Below are positions 10,006-23,297 of a stretch of 64,000 nucleotides of DNA, piece by piece. The position numbers and the translations under genes are program-made. Source of the stretch: Cetorhinus maximus (lineage: Eukaryota); NCBI RefSeq assembly GCF_964194155.1, contig NC_135894.1:56172001-56236000 (forward strand), read 5' to 3'. Each line of letters begins with the position of its first letter. Position 1 is the stretch's first letter. The notes below the pieces were generated by a model. It was not told where the DNA came from. It saw nothing but the letters and a program-made list of their open reading frames with translations, and ran no database searches.

Positions 10006-13000
10006 AATACCAAGTGATACTGAACTGTGCAAGATAAAATATTGCCCCAAAACTTATAAGCATTTTAGGAGCTTAAGGTGGTTCATTAATGATTCCTATG
10101 ATGCTGGCACATACTTCACTCACAGAAGTCAAGCCTTAGTTTCATTTTAAAGATGAAAATTGTTACTGGGGGAATGGCCCACACCATACCACATAGGTGG
10201 AGAGAAACAATTGGAGAGAAATAGGGATGTTGAGGAGAACAGAAAGATCCTAACAAAATGATGATCCCAGGAGAGAAAGATGCAAGATTGAAGAGGAGAG
10301 AGTAACAGTAACATAGTTGGCAGGGGGAGGTGAGGAGAGGCAACCCTTAAAATGAATGTTACTGAAACTGACATTATCGACAAATAAATAATCATAATGA
10401 AACTCTGATTACTTTGCACTGATTATATGTAACAATGATAGCGGGAAGTTGGAGAGAAATTTGATCTGAACTATCACTGCCTTTCATCCTTCAAATACAT
10501 AATGTTGTCAGTTGATGCTATTGCTTAGAGATTGGTAATGTTTCCGAGGAACCTTTCAACTCGCATATTGATAGTGAATATCACACTTTGTACTCTGTAA
10601 ATGTCAGCTGCTTTTGACAAATACTCTTTTATGTGTTTCTTTTGCATGCTTCGTTATGTTTTTGGTGTGTACCTGACCAGCAATATGATCTGGAAAATAA
10701 GTTTTAATGCTGTAGAAAGGCATGGTCAAGTAATTCCAATCCCTACATAGGCAGAGTGTAACCTAGCAAAAAGGTGCAGCATAATTCTTCAGCTGGTTGC
10801 TTTGTTAGCTGACTGTAAGTCTAAACCATGAAGTAGTGTAAGTGATGTTCAAACATTTTAGAATTTTGATATCAGAAATTAGATTAATTAATTCTGATTG
10901 ACAGGGTCTCTTCTGTCATTAGGAAGATGTGTCAGTGGACCCAAGTGATTTGATTCTAATTGTAGCACATTTCCAAATATTTGGAGCTTCTCATTAAATT
11001 AGATGCCTGCATAAATTAACAGTGCTGTAATTCCATTTAGCGCACGATCCAAAACACAAATTAACTTACACAATTGCACAATCACACACATGCAAGACTG
11101 TTTCAAAATAGAGAATGTAAGACAGCTCTTTGTGATTTGGCTGTAGATGTTCACCAGATGTTAATGATTACTTTCGCTGTCCCTGCTTTTCTTGAATTTG
11201 TATCTATCACCATATTTATCTCTCTGCCTCCTGTCGGTGTTCTTGGTCTGTCTGATCATTTTAATAGAGGCAGTGTCCTTGTGTATACTCAATTCCTGGA
11301 ACAGAACAGATGCATACTTTGGACAGTTTGTGCTGCAATTTAATTGTTCTGCACAACTGTTTTTAACTTAATATTGATTACCTCCAGCATGTGTAGTGTA
11401 TTGGTGATATTAACAAACATCACATGGATAGCATTATAGAGTCATAGAGGTCTACAGCACAGAAAAAGGCCCTCTGGCCCATTGAGCCTGCGCTGGTCAA
11501 ACAAGTACCTAACTATTCTAATCCCATTTTCCAGCACTAGGCCCATAGCCTTGTATGCCATGGCATCACAAGTGCACATCCAAATACTTCTTAAGTATTT
11601 GGTTTCTGCTTCTACTGCCCTTTCAGGCAGTGAGTTCCAGATTCCCGCCACCCTCTCGGTGAAAAAATTCTTCCTCACATCCCCTCTAAACCTCCTGCCC
11701 CTTATCTTAAATCTATGCCCCCTGGTTATTGATCCCTCCACCAGGGGGAAAAGTTCCTTCCTGTCTGCCCTATCTATGCCCCTCATAATTTTATAGACCT
11801 CAATCATGTCCCCCCTCAATCTCCTCTGCCTCAGGGAAAATAACGCCCCTCTATCCAATCTCTCCTCATAACTAAAACTCTCCAGCCCAGGCAACATCCT
11901 GGTAAATCTCGTCTGCACTCTCTCTAGTGCAATCACATCTTTCCTATAATGTGGATTCCAGAACTGCACGCAATACTCCAGCTGTGGCCTAACCTGCGTT
12001 TTATACAGTTCCAGCATAGCCTCCCTGCTCTTATATTCTATGCCTCGGCTAATAAAAGCAAGTATCCCATATGCCTTCTTAACCACCTTATCTACCTGTC
12101 CCGCTACCTTAAGGGACCGGTGGACATGCACACCAAGATCCCTCTTATCCTTAGTACTTCCCAGGGTCCTACCATTCATCGTGTATTCCCGTGCCTTGTT
12201 TGTCCTGCCCAAGTGCATCACCTTACACTTATACGGATTAAATTCCATTTGCCACTGATCAGCCCAGCTATACCCTCATGTAATCTGAAGCTATCCTCCT
12301 CACTATTTACCACCACACCAATTTTGGTGTCATCCGCAAACTTACTGATCAACCCTCCTACATTCAAGTCTAAATCGTTTATATATACCACAAACAGCAA
12401 GGGACCTAACATCGATCCCTGTGGAACCCCACTGGACATAGGCATCCAGTCACAAAAACACCCCTCGACCATCACCCTCTACTTCCTGCCAGTCACCAAT
12501 TCTGGGTCCAATTTGCCAAATTGCCTTGGATCCCATGGGCTCTTACCTTCGTTATCAGTCTCCCGTGCGGGACCTTATAAAAAGCCTTGCTGAAGTCCAA
12601 GTAGACTACGTCAAATGCATTACCCTCATCTATACACCTGGTCACCTCTTCGAAAAATTTTTCAGACATGACCTCCCCTTAACAAAACCATGCTGACTGT
12701 CCTTGATTAATCCCTGCCTCTCCAAATGTAGATTAATTCTGTCCCTTGGAATTGCTTCCAATAGTTTGCCCATCACTGAGATTAGACTGACTGGCCTGTA
12801 GTTCCCTGGTTTATCCCTTCCTCCCTCCTTGAATAACTGTACCACATTGGCTGTCCTCCAGTACTCTGGCACCTCTCCTGTGGCCAGAGAGGTGTTGAAA
12901 ATTATTCCCAGCACCACTGCTATCCCCTCGCTTGCCTCACTCAACAGCCTGTGATATATTTCATCCGGGCCCAGAGATTTCTATACTTTTAAGCCTGCCA

Positions 13001-15651
13001 GACCACTTTGAACCTCCTCCCTTTCTATGCTAATTTATTTAATTATATCACAGTCCTTCTGCCTGATCTCCATACCCATGTCATCGCTCTCAGCTGTGAA
13101 CACCATCTCAAAGTATTCATTTAGAACCCCACCTACGTCTTCCGGCTCCACACACAAATTACCACTATGGTCCTTAATGGGCCCTACACTTTCCCTAGTT
13201 ATCCTCTTACTCTTAATGTATTTGTAAAATAACTTTGGCAGGTAAAATAAAGGCAAATCCAATGTTTTTTCATGCCCCCTTTTTGCTCTCCTAATTTCCT
13301 TTCTAAGTTTCCCCCCTACACATTCTATACTCCTCTAGGGTTTCCGCTGTTTTTAGCCCTCGGTATCTGCCACAAGCCTCCCTTTTTCTCTTTATCCAAT
13401 CCTGTGTATCCCTCAACATCTAAGATTCCCTGGATTTGTTGGTGCCACCCTTTATCTTTACTGGAATATGTTGGCCCTGTACTCTCAATATTTCCTTCTT
13501 GAATGAGTCCCACTGCACTGACAAAGATTTACCTAAAAGTAGCTGCTCCCAAATTATACCTAATCTTATGAAAATCGGCCTTCCCCCAATTTAGAACTCT
13601 GATTTCTGGCCCATCCTTGTTCTTTTCCATAACAACCTTGAATCTAATGGAGTTATGATCACTATCTGCAAAATGTACCCTCACTGATACCTCTACCACT
13701 TGCCTGGCATCATTCCCTAAAATTAAGTCCAGGACCAACCCCTCCCTTGTAGGACCTTCTACGTACTGGCTTAAAAAGCTCTCTGGAATGCATTTTAAGA
13801 ATTCCGCTCCCTCTAAACCTATCACACTATGACTAACCCAGTTAATGCTGAGAAAGTTGAAATTCCCCACTATTACTACCCTATTATTTTTACACTCCTC
13901 TGAAATTTGCCTACATATCTGCTCTTCTATTTCCCTCTGACTGTTTGGGGGCCTAAGGTACACTCCCAGCAATCTGATTGCTCCTTTTTTGTTTTTCAGT
14001 TTTATCCATATGACTTCATTTGAGGAGCCATTTAAGATGTCATCCCTCCTTACTGCTGTAATTGATTCATTGATCAATATTGCGATACCCCCTCCTCTTT
14101 TACCTCCTTCCCTGTCTCGCCTGAAGACCCTGTAATCCTGGAATATTGAGCTGCCAATCCTGCCCCTGTCTCAACCATGTCTCTGTGACGGCAATGACAT
14201 CATACTTACATGTGTTAATTTGTGCCTTCAACTCATCTGCCTTATTTGTCAGACTCCTTGCATTAAAATAAATACCATCCAACTTTGCCAAACTCCCTTG
14301 TGCCTTGACTGACCTATAATTTCTATGCCTTCCACACTCACTTGTCCTCTCTTCTAATTTTGGTATGCAGCACCCCTTGCTGAACCTCCTCTCAGGATCC
14401 GCTGCCAAGTTAATTTAAACCCTCCCCAACATTACCAGCGAACCTCCCCGCAAGGATGTTGGTCCTATTCCAGTTCAGGAGCAACCCGTCCGCCTTGTAC
14501 AGGTCCCACCGCCCCCAGAAACGGTCCCAATGTCCCAGAAATCTAAAGCCCTCCCTCCTGCACCATCTCTCCAGCCACATATTCATCTCGACTAACATCC
14601 TATTTCTATACTCACTAGCACATGGCACTGGAAGTAATCCAGAGATTACTACCTTTGAGATCCTGTTTTTTAATCTGCTTCAGAGCTCCCTAAATTCTAC
14701 TTGCAGGACCTCATCCTTCTTTCTACCTATGTCGTTGGTACCAATATGTGCCACGATCTTTGTCTGTTTGCCCTCCCCCTTTAGAATGCCCACCCGTTCA
14801 GTGACATCTTTGACCCTGGCACCAGGGAGACAACGTACCATCCTGGGGGTCATGTCTTCAGCCGCAGAAACGCCTGTCTGTTCCCCTTACTATCAAGTCT
14901 CCTACCGTTATTGCTCTTCCCTCTTTCCTCCCCCCCCTGCGCAGCTGAGCCACTCATAGTGCAATGAGCGTGGCTGCACTCCTAAGAGGAACCTTCACTC
15001 TTACTGTTTTCCAACACAGAAAAACGATTCTCGAGCAAGATGCACCCTGGGGATTTCCTGACTACCTGCCTAACACCTTTCTTCTGACTGATGGCCACCC
15101 ATTCCCTCTCTGTCTGCACTTTCATAAACTGTGGGGTAACCATGTCTAAAAATGTGCTATCCACGAAACTTTCAGCCTCGCGGATGCACCTCAGTGCCTC
15201 CAGCTGCCGCTCAAGCTCCAAAACACGGAGCTCAAATAGCGGCAACTGGTGGCACTTCCTGTACACATGGTCGGTCAGAGCGCAAGGAGCATCTAGGACT
15301 TCCCACATGTTGCAGGCGGTACATAATACGGGACTGAGCTGCTCTGCCATGCCTCTAGTTGAAAAAAAAACCCTTACTTTAAGTTAAATACAGTAAAAAA
15401 AAGTTAAATTATTTATGTACTTTAAATAAAAGTTAGAACTCTTACCTTTCATAGCTTAATCTATTTTAAACTGGAGAAAAACACTTACCCATGACTCACC
15501 AATCAGCTCTCACCTTTGTGCTGACGTCACTTTTTGAAGCTGCCCCACACTCACGCTGGTTCTGATCTCTCCGCCGCTCTCTCGTGCTGTCTTGTGATGT
15601 CACTTGTGTTATTTTCAACAAGAACTGACTGCAGGACACTCTTCCCAGACT

Positions 15652-17437
15652 TTTGTTTTGGAAAAATATACTATATTCATAAAATATCTGAAAGAACATT
15701 ACAAAACGTTTCTAAATGGCCATCACAAAAAGTGCAATCAGATTCAACTTTTACACATGGTTCACGAGGTGCTTCAATACAATGACTAAATATTACAGTC
15801 ATTTCAATATGGTTATTACAGACAGTCAGACAGTGTGATGGTATTGGAGTTATCTACATACATCATGATGCACTCTGAGGTGCTTCAATACAATTATAAT
15901 ACAATTAGTGTTCACGCATACATTCAATGTGAGTCGTACAGCCAGAGGGGTCTACACAATTCCCAGCCCCTCAGTGCACTATGGCAGAAAGGTCTTAGAC
16001 AGCAACCTTTCCCCATTGTGCCTTTGCAGCGGCTGCCCCAAGCTTTAGTGCATCTCTCAACATGTAGACCTGGACCTTGGAATGTGCCAGTCTGCAACAC
16101 TCGGTCAGGGACAATTCTTTGCGCTGGAAGACCAACAAATTTCGGGCAGACCAAAGAGCGCCTTTCACTGAGTTGATGATCCTCCAGCTGCAGTTGATGT
16201 TTGTCTCGGAGTGTGTCCCTGGGAACAGCCCGTAGAGCACAGAGTCCTGTGTCACAGAACTGCTCGGGATGAACCTCGACCAAAACTACTGACTACTGCA
16301 TCTCTCTCCAAGCCTTCTTTGCAAAGGCACATTCCACAAGGAGGTGAACAACGGTCTCTTCCCTACCACAGCCACCTCAAGGCAACGTGCAGAGGGGGTG
16401 AGACTCCTGGCATGTAGGAAAGATCTGAGAGGGAGGGCCTTTCTCACCACCAGCCAAGCTACATCTTGGTGCTTGTTGGAAAGTTCTGGCGATGAGGCAT
16501 TCTGCCAAATGACTTTGACAGTCTGCTCGGGGAACCATCCGACAGGATCCACCATCTCCTTTTCCTGCAGGGCCTCTAGGACGTTACGTGCCGACCACTG
16601 CCTGACGGACTTGTGGTCAAAGGTGTATTTCTGCATAAATCTTTCCACGAGGGACAGGTGGTACGGCACAGTCCAACTACTTGGAGTGTTCCGCGGCAGC
16701 GTGGCCAGACCCATCCTTTGCAACACCGGGGACAGGTAGAACCTCAACACGTAGTGACACTTGGTGTTTGCATACTGAGGGTCTATGCACCGCTTGATGC
16801 AGCCACACACAAAGGTGGCCATCAGGATGAGGGCGACATTGGGCACGTTTTTCCCCCCTTTATCTAAAGGCTTGTTCATCGCGTCCCTGCGAACACCACC
16901 CATTTTCGACCTCCAGATAAAGCAAAAGATGGCTCGGGTATTCGCCATCACGCAGGAATGAGGAATAGGAAAGACCTGTGCTACATACAGCAACACCAAG
17001 AGTGCCTCACCCCTGATGACCAGGATCTTATCTGTAATGGAGAGGGAGCATCGCTCCCACATGCCCAGTTTTCTTTCCACCATAGCCATTTGCTCCTTCC
17101 AGTTTCTAATGCATGCCTCGGTCCCTCCGAACCATATCCCCAGCACCTTCAGGCAGTCTGACCTGACGGTGGAGGACAAAGGATTGGATAGCCCAGTTCC
17201 CAAAGAATATGGCCTTGCTCTCATTATTATTATTATCTCATTATTATTGCTTTAATGTTCTAAGTCATAGGTGAAATAATTCCTGCTGCTAATCGCTGGC
17301 TCATGAGGCCAGTTCGACCTGGTTGCAGATGTTGATCAGTCTGTGCACTGACAGCGGATCTGAGCAGAAGATGGCAACATCGTCCATCATCCAGGGAAGC
17401 ATTGACCTGAGTGCCTCCATTGCCTGGGATCGTCTCA
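15652..17437 (-). mobile_element. 5'-truncated L1-Tx1 non-LTR retrotransposon
   Basis: RT C-terminal half: TIPGNGGTQVNASL..MDDVAIFCSD, LKVLGIWFGG, KGGKNVPNV, WLVVRKALP, ALWSARN..WGK. A-rich 3' end at 15652. 16-bp TSD ACACTCT(T/C)CCCAGACT at 15636-15651 and 17438-17453. Confidence 0.92.
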
Positions 17438-17499
17438 ACACTCTCCCCAGACTGCTTCACCGTGATGCTGACTGCAGGGCACTCTTCCCAGACTGCTTC

Positions 17500-18225
17500 G
17501 TAGAAACATGGAAACATAGAAACTAGGAGCAGGAGTAGGCCACTCAGCCCTTTGAGCCTGCTCCGCCATTCATTATGATCATGGCTGATCATCCAACTCA
17601 ATAGCCTGCTCCTGCTTTCTCCTCATACCCTTTGATCCTTTTCACCCCAAGAGCTATATCTAACTCCTTCTTGAAAACATACAATGTTTTGGTCTCAACT
17701 ACTTTCTCTGGTAATGAATTCCACAGGCTCACCACTCTCTGGGTGAAGAAATTTCTCCTCATTTCAGTCCTAAATGGTCTACCCCGTATCCTCAGACTGT
17801 GACCCTTGGTTCTGGACTCCCCCCACCATCGGGAACATCCTTCCTGCATCTACCCTGTCTAGTCCTGTTAGAATTTTATAGGTTTCTATGAGATCCCCCC
17901 TCATTCTTCTGAACTCCAGCGAATATAATCCTAATCGACTCAATATCTCCTCATATGTCAGTCCCGCCATCCCGGGAATCAGTTGGGTAAACCCTCTATA
18001 GCAAGTACATCCTTCCTCAGATAAGGAGACCAAAACTGCACACAATATTCCAGGTGTGCAGCAAGACATCCCTGTTCCTGTACTCGAATCCTCTCGCTAT
18101 GAAGGCCAACATACCATTTGCCTTCTTTACCGCCTGCTGCACCTACATGCTTACCTTCAGCGACTGGTGTACAAGGACACCCAGGTTTCGTTGCACACTC
18201 CCCCCTCTCAATTTATAGCCATTCA
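17500..18225 (-). mobile_element. CR1 3' fragment (second subfamily)
   Basis: LGLYSLEFRRMRGDLIETYKIL..FFTQRVVSLWNSLP with a (TTTCTATG)n-type tail. Very similar to 60137-60760. Confidence 0.92.
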
Positions 18226-19139
18226 GATGCTGACTGCAGGACACTCTTCCCAGTCTCATTATTATTGCTTTAATGTTCTAAGTCACAGGTGAAATAATTC
18301 CTGCTGCTAATCGCTGGGCATACGTTTAGGCCAAACTTGGGGGAATTAATTTTTTCTGCAAATTCAGATGTAATCAATTTTGTGATTTACCAGCCACCAG
18401 TAAAACAGAATATTCTGCATTGGAAAACTCTTGAGTTTAATCGGCAAAACAATACTGGAAAGAACAATGTTTTAAATTAAGTGTTAGATGCGTAGGGCTG
18501 TCATCACAAAGTAATGCTAAAAGGAGTGCATCATTAGCTCCATCTCAGTGCCCCTGCCACAATCAAACTTTGTTCATCTGTTTTTATGTTACTTGGGTGA
18601 CTGTAGGTGTACAGTCAATCCAAGCTGATCACAGTTATAGAGGAAAGCAAACTATGTTCTGTGTCAAATGGAAAATGCCTGCATAAGTCACCTTAGAAAA
18701 TTGATATTTCAGTGTTTTGAATTCTTGGAATTCATGTCCAGGAGCAACTTTAAGATTTAATTCTAAAATCACAAATTTGTCTTGAATGTGATACAAGGTG
18801 TTTTTTTTTACCCTGATATTTTGTTGTAAGGTTGCAAATCTTTCCCATGTCACCTTCTCCTCAAAAAACTGTCATTTAAATTACGTGAAATGCTTGGTAA
18901 TAATGCTGTTAACTAATGATCTTCAAACTGCTTGGCATCTTGAGCTAATGGCCTAGATTTTCTGACAGTACAATGTGTGGCAGCACTAAGGAAAGTTAAC
19001 CGGATCTTAGAGCACAGATTATAGTCAGAGAGGGCGAGAATAAATCCCAGGAGATGATAATGAGTGTGCGTTATGCATTGACACGACCACATGCCTGACA
19101 TGTCTATGCAATTTTGATTGCTGTGATATCGAAAGAATG

Positions 19140-19300
19140 TCCAGGTACTGAAAGATTTTAGAAAAGGGCAAACAGAATAATATCCTACTGAAGGCTTCTG
19201 AGGTATGAAAAGCCTGAGACTGTTTACTGTAGAGAAACCTCAGAGAAGGTATTATTCATGTTTTCAAGATTGTTAAGGTAGTGGATAAATTAATTTTCAT
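19140..19300 (+). mobile_element. Very old CR1 RT remnant
   Basis: Degenerate LER..KRA..II / LRLFT.E..R / FKIVK.VD pattern. Confidence 0.4.
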
Positions 19301-19402
19301 AATTCAAGACCTACATTTTCCAGGAATTGCCTTTGAAGTTCATTTGCATGAAAATGGATTATTTTATGATGGCCTTGAGGAAGTATAATTTCCATATACC
19401 AG

Positions 19403-21857
19403 TGGCTGAAATTTTCCTGTCCTGTTGGTGTCGGGCGTCATGGCGGGTGGGAGGGGGTGATGATATGGTGTGAAGGCCAAAAATCAGTTTTGGCACAGTG
19501 GGATAATCCGATGGTGTCCACCACGGCGGAATGCCAATCCTGCTGGAGGCCAGCGTGAACCCGCTTTGCATCCAACTAATCAGTTGCAACGTAAGGCCCA
19601 GAATCATTTCTCCCTCCCCCAGCCCCATTACGCCAGCGGGAAAACACGCTGGCCCCAGAACATTTCTGGACAACTGTGACATGCAGAAGTCGGGACTTAC
19701 CATTACAGCCTTGCTCAGATCACGGACATCCAAGGACCAAAAGATGCTGGAGCCCTACAGCTACCGGCCCCTGGAGGAATATGTGCATCGCATGCTGGGT
19801 GGATTCTCATGCAGCTCACGGAACGTGGGAGGTCTCCGTTGATGCCTCGGGTCTGCTTCGGAACATCAAGTTCTTGGCCATGGGCTGCTACGGATGATCG
19901 GAGAGGGGTTGGGGAGAGGAAGGTCTAGCTGTGAGTGGGAGAGGAGAGTGTACTGGCAGAGTATGGGGAGGTGATGGGGGAGTAAGGGATGGAGAGGAAG
20001 GTCTAGATTTGACTGGGCGAGGAAGGTGTACTGTGGTGAGGGGGTCGAAGGTGTTCAACTGTACAACCACGTGATCGGAATTTCTTGACTTTTTTAGGCC
20101 TACATCTTCTTTTTGTTGCTCCCCTGACATCCGCAGCAGGGGTGGAGATGGGTGTCCAGCTGCCACTCCTCCTCCCTTCGGGTGCCTGACTCCTTGATGG
20201 GAAGGAGCTCCTGGAGGAATGTCGAGGTGCTCTGTTTCCCTCTTGCATTGCCACTGCAGGAACTCACCCATGGCTACCGTGATGGAATGCAGGTCTGCTC
20301 ACATCTCCACATTCTGATGGACAAGGGTCTCCATGGCATCCATCATCCTTCCCATGGAGACTTCCATGCATGCACACATGGGCACCACTTCATCAAAGAG
20401 CAGGCGGGCGCACTCTGATTACATGCCACTCTGTTGAGGGCTTCCAACTGCTCTGCGTGATGTTCCCCTGCCTTCTGCTGACTCTACAGGATGAGTTTGA
20501 AGGCCAAATCCAGAGGCTCATCATCTGACTCGGACCCCACAGATGCCTCTTCCTCAGCAGCCCTCCGAGTGCCGGGGAGCTCGGCTGAATCTGCCTCCTC
20601 CTGCTACGGACACATATCCGTGCGGTGACCACCAGATTGTGAACCCGAGCCTGCTCTAGATCTAGGTCCCACCGAGGTGTGTGTCTCTACACTGGTGCGG
20701 GGTGTGGGTAAGCGCTGTGACAGGTCTCCAGGCTGCTTATTTCCAGCTCTTTAATGGAGGAGGTGTCCTGTTGGCTGGAGATGAGGACCTGGATGGAGCT
20801 GAGGGACTGGCTGGCTGAGGGTGTTGGTCATTTGGCAGAGCTCCCTGTAAACCAAAGTAGAGATAATTAGTGCATGGCAGCAGAGTCAAAGCAGGAGAGA
20901 GAGCACTCACAGTTGCATTGAGAGAGGGATGATGAGGTGCAGGACCTACACGTGGGTGTTCACCGTTGACCTCACCGTCACCGCAGGCACGGTCCACATC
21001 CTCACCAGTCAGCACGATGGCACACTCCTCAAAGTGAATGAGGGGCCTAATGTGGGCCACTCCAACCCTGGTCTGGGACCTCTCCCTGCTGTTGTGAACC
21101 AGCTTCTCCTGCATGGAAACAGATGGAGAGAATGTGAGCAGGACACATGGCACTGCGTGGAATGTTTGTGTGGTGAGCGGAGTCATGGATGGGACAAGTA
21201 CGCAAGCTCCAGAGGATATGAGCCTGATGGAGATGTGAGGGTGTGAGTGAGAGTGAGTGGTGTTGTCCAATGAGGTGTGAGGTCCCTGTGGATGTGTGAT
21301 GGGTTTTTGAGTGTGAGTTGAGAGTGATGTGGTGGTTGACTTACCTTGGCGGAATGGATGAGACCATTCACCCTCTTTCTGAACTGGATGGCTGACCTCC
21401 CCTGTGCTCCAGTGGCGCTGACCACCACTGCCACCGCCTCCCAGGCCAGATTAGTGACCCTGGCGGACCTCCTGTGGCCAGAGCAGGGTTAGAGGACATC
21501 GCAGCGGCCATCCATTGCAACCAGCCGCAGAGAGACATCACTAAATTTAGGGGCTACTTTCGGGGCCATCGGTCGCCTGCAGCAATCCTAGTCTGAAGAC
21601 AAGAAGTAGGCATGCGCTCTGGTGAGTTTTAAATATGGTGCCTGGAGTGAGGAAGTGCTGAGGTCATGGCGTAGTGGGCAAACCCGAGCCCGCCCACCAG
21701 CGAACCTGCATGTTCTTCGTGAATGCATAATTAATGAGGTGGGACGTGCCAGGGATGGGACGATACTGCGTGAAAAGCCATCATTACGGCGGGCGGGTAG
21801 TACATCCATTTTCCTGTCCGCTACCGTACGTTGTGCGAATCTGAGAAGATTCCGTCC
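19403..21857 (-). mobile_element. Deleted PIF/Harbinger transposon carrying remnants of the Myb/SANT-like gene
   Basis: Ends TGGCTGAAATTTT...AAGATTCCGTCC. The minus strand encodes KFSD....DVL..SGHRRSARVTNLAWEAVAVVVSA..RSAIQFRKRVNGLIHSAK, then a GTAAGT donor near 21345 and a next exon EKLVHNSRERSQT..EECAIVLTGED. This is typical of the Harbinger Myb-like protein. Confidence 0.75.
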
Positions 21858-22213
21858 ATGTTAAATCAACTCAACAATGATCTTTGACACGTGAGTGAAA
21901 CATTCCTTTATGGTCTGTCTGCCAATTTCATTACATCTCTAAATTACCTCTCAAGCTTTTCTGACTAAGGTTACCTGTTTAGTACCAATTAATGCCAGTT
22001 CTGCACTGTAGATTTTTCCCCTTAGGAGTTGCATTGGGACAACCCAAGCTTATTAACGTTATGACCCTGAAAGCGAGCAAAGAGAGAAGACATGTCCCAG
22101 CTGTTTGTTTTGGATTGAAACCAAAGTTCTAGTGGGGAAGAGAAACTTATTGTGCCCTGGAAATGTAATATTAAAATAGCCCTGTTCTTTTCTTGTACAT
22201 GATACTACGCATT

Positions 22214-22996
22214 GGGCGGAATATTACGGTGGGGGAGGAGGGTGCGCAAACGGCTTGCCCCCTATTCCCTCCTGCCCCACACCCGGAAATCAGCGTGGAG
22301 CCCATCTGCTCCACTCTGGCCTACGCCGCAGCCGTAACATGCTGAGGATGAAGTCCCGCTCCCAGGAGCTGCTGGCCAATCTGATTGACCAGCAGCTCCA
22401 TCAGTACCAACAGTGCCAACAAGTGGGCATTTCCGGGATTCCAAGAGGAGGAGGAGGAAGGCCCAATGGATCCCTGGAAACAGCTAAGTCCGGGTTCTTG
22501 GGCAGGGAGGGTTTGGGCAAGTCAGGGAAGGGTCTGAGGGTGGTGGGGAGGTGGGTGGTGGTGAGGGGTGTGAGTTTAAGGCTGCTGGTGGGTAGGAAGT
22601 AAGGGGAAGTTCTATCTTAGGGGAGCTACCCATTCCCACCTCCCTGGCCCGATCAGCAAAGGGCAGCCCCCAAAGATAGAACCTCCCCACCCTTTGAGGA
22701 GATTACTGAAAAAATCTGGTTGCCCACTCTTGTCCAATTGCCAATGCCAAACGTTATGGGGTGGGCAGCAAATTATCAGGGCCAAATGGCTTGGTAACAA
22801 GCCTAATTGACCCTTGATTATCTATTTAAATATCGTGAGTGGGCTGCTGATTTCGACGCCCACCCACCCCCTTATTTATGGGGGTGAGTTTGGGGTGGGT
22901 GGGAAGGTGGTGGGGTGGGCACCTGCCCTATTTTACGTGCCCCCCCTGCCCCACCTACTGAAAACATGCTCAATGGGACCACGTAAAATGGAGCCC
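22214..22996. mobile_element. Non-autonomous PIF/Harbinger-like element
   Basis: GGGCGGAATATTACG...CGTAAAATGGAGCCC with a 3-bp TSD (ATT). Confidence 0.7.
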
Positions 22997-23108
22997 ATTA
23001 TCTTTCAGTCAAAAGAATGGCAATAATACTTCAACATTCTGTAATGATTAGACTGTGTGAAAACCAATCCTCAGCCCCATACACAAATACTGTGCATAGT
23101 GCAAATGG

Positions 23109-23297
23109 NNNNNNNNNNNNNNNNNNNNNNNNNNNNNNNNNNNNNNNNNNNNNNNNNNNNNNNNNNNNNNNNNNNNNNNNNNNNNNNNNNNNNNNNNNNN
23201 NNNNNNNNNNNNNNNNNNNNNNNNNNNNNNNNNNNNNNNNNNNNNNNNNNNNNNNNNNNNNNNNNNNNNNNNNNNNNNNNNNNNNNNNNNNNNNNNN
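23109..23297. other. Assembly gap (189 N)
   Basis: Run of n characters. Confidence 1.

Larger units (their letters stand above)
11436..18253 (-). mobile_element. Full-length CR1 LINE, copy A (decayed), with nested insertions in its 5' repeat array
   Basis: ORF1 about 15350-14410 (CxxC..C zinc finger; esterase WDRFWGRWDLYKADGL). ORF2 about 14400-11500 (YFNARS, TETWL, SDH, VPQGSMLGP, FADD, RPQLEY, WNSLP). The 3' tail is (CTCTATGA)n. The 5' monomers lie at 15626-15651, 17438-17499 and 18226-18253. Confidence 0.95.

Noticed and set aside
11482-13502. Plus-strand ORFs overlapping CR1 (and equivalents at about 31000-34300, 41959-44316 and 50899-53045)
   Set aside because: They are antisense shadows of LINE ORF2, with no independent coding evidence.
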